Positions 63,088-64,000 of a stretch of DNA of 64,000 nucleotides are shown piece after piece; the stretch's first letter is position 1; each line of letters opens with the position of its first letter. The translations under genes and the position numbers were made by a program. The DNA is taken from contig NW_027191407.1 in the NCBI RefSeq assembly GCF_041146345.1, forward strand, positions 310,001-374,000, read 5' to 3'. Below the pieces are notes generated by a model. It ran no database searches and had not been told where the DNA came from. It saw only the letters and a program-made list of their open reading frames with translations. This stretch comes from Neodothiora populina. Taxonomy: Eukaryota.

Positions 63088-64000
63088 ATTGGCCTCATCG
63101 CTGGGTTCGGGAGGATAAGAGACGGTCTGTCAAACGCATCATGGGATTTTTTCTTGGGCATACGCAGTTGAAAAAGGGACGAACTTTTTGCTTCGCGCGT
63201 ATCTGCTATGCTCGGCTATGGGGGTTTACTTCGAAGCAATTGATGAATCATACAAGGCGAACGAGTAAAGCGCGGGTCAATCTGTCGCAGACGACTACTG
63301 GCGTATAACCGAAGCAAAAAATCATTCCGGGATTGTTGAATGATTGTTAGCAGCTAGCAGGCGACTTTATGCGACAAAAAATCTTCAAAAGAAAGATACC
63401 TTTTTTTAACATGTCATATGCGTGTCTCTGTCAGTTTCCTCACGAATATTGCCAAGTGTGCTGCCGAGTAGCTTCACTGCCTGTCAGTGACACCCTCTGG
63501 GTTTGATCTTCACGAACGAGTCGATATTTGGTTTTCAGGATCACATCCGGTACTCGACCATATGTCCAGACTTCGAGTTTGCCAATCTCCGATCAAGTAA
63601 TCCACATGAGACAACCACAGCCCAAAGAATCAAGGATGTGAGGAAGGTTTTCAAAGTCTAGAACCTTTCTTCTAGACCCCCCAGCCCACGCCCTATCATT
63701 GATCATGCTAAGGCACAACAGCAAGGTGACCAACCACATCGAGGCAGCCGTACCTGATACATCCTAGTGTGATGCACGACAAGCCATCTGCATCTCATCC
63801 TCCGAAACACCGTTCACAGTTGCCCATCTTCGAAAAATGATCTACCCGAAGGAGCCTGGGGCTTTTTGCACTCGCCTGAGCCATGCATAATCTGAAACGT
63901 CGACGACGTATCACAGGAAAGTGTAACGGAGTGAGAGCTGATGATGTTCGTGTATTTTTGCTTTTCACTATCTATATGTGCTAAGGTAGGTCTGTCGTGC

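Overview
Gene-dense, intron-containing DNA from a filamentous ascomycete (Pezizomycotina; Dothideomycete-like is my impression, not established). It holds about 21 protein-coding genes, mostly housekeeping: RPD3 (partial), RPN11, two Zn2Cys6 regulators, CGI121, a LicD/MNN4-like transferase, COX4, RPC34, a GFA/Mss4-like protein, an FMP42-like MFS transporter, a MARVEL-like membrane protein, an amidase, a D-2-hydroxyacid dehydrogenase, an M28 glutamate carboxypeptidase, a Cys/Met PLP enzyme, a large conserved hypothetical protein, cyclophilin, ENT3 epsin and RPL23. There is one intron-containing tRNA-Val(AAC). I recognised no intact transposon, rRNA or CRISPR array. Most notable: (1) a secreted protein with an N-terminal His and LPMO-like copper histidine-brace motifs that I cannot place in a known AA family; (2) a 26-aa, 7-Cys metallothionein missed by the ORF track, whose last exon encodes only Lys-stop; (3) an 8.6-kb ORF-poor island next to the tRNA containing two divergent, intron-bearing, apparently non-coding or micropeptide units with duplicated modules, one of which is completed only by splicing; (4) a ~19-aa Gly/Ser insertion in Rpn11; (5) long, self-pairing introns in several housekeeping genes. 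Gene identities come from recalled family motifs, not database searches.
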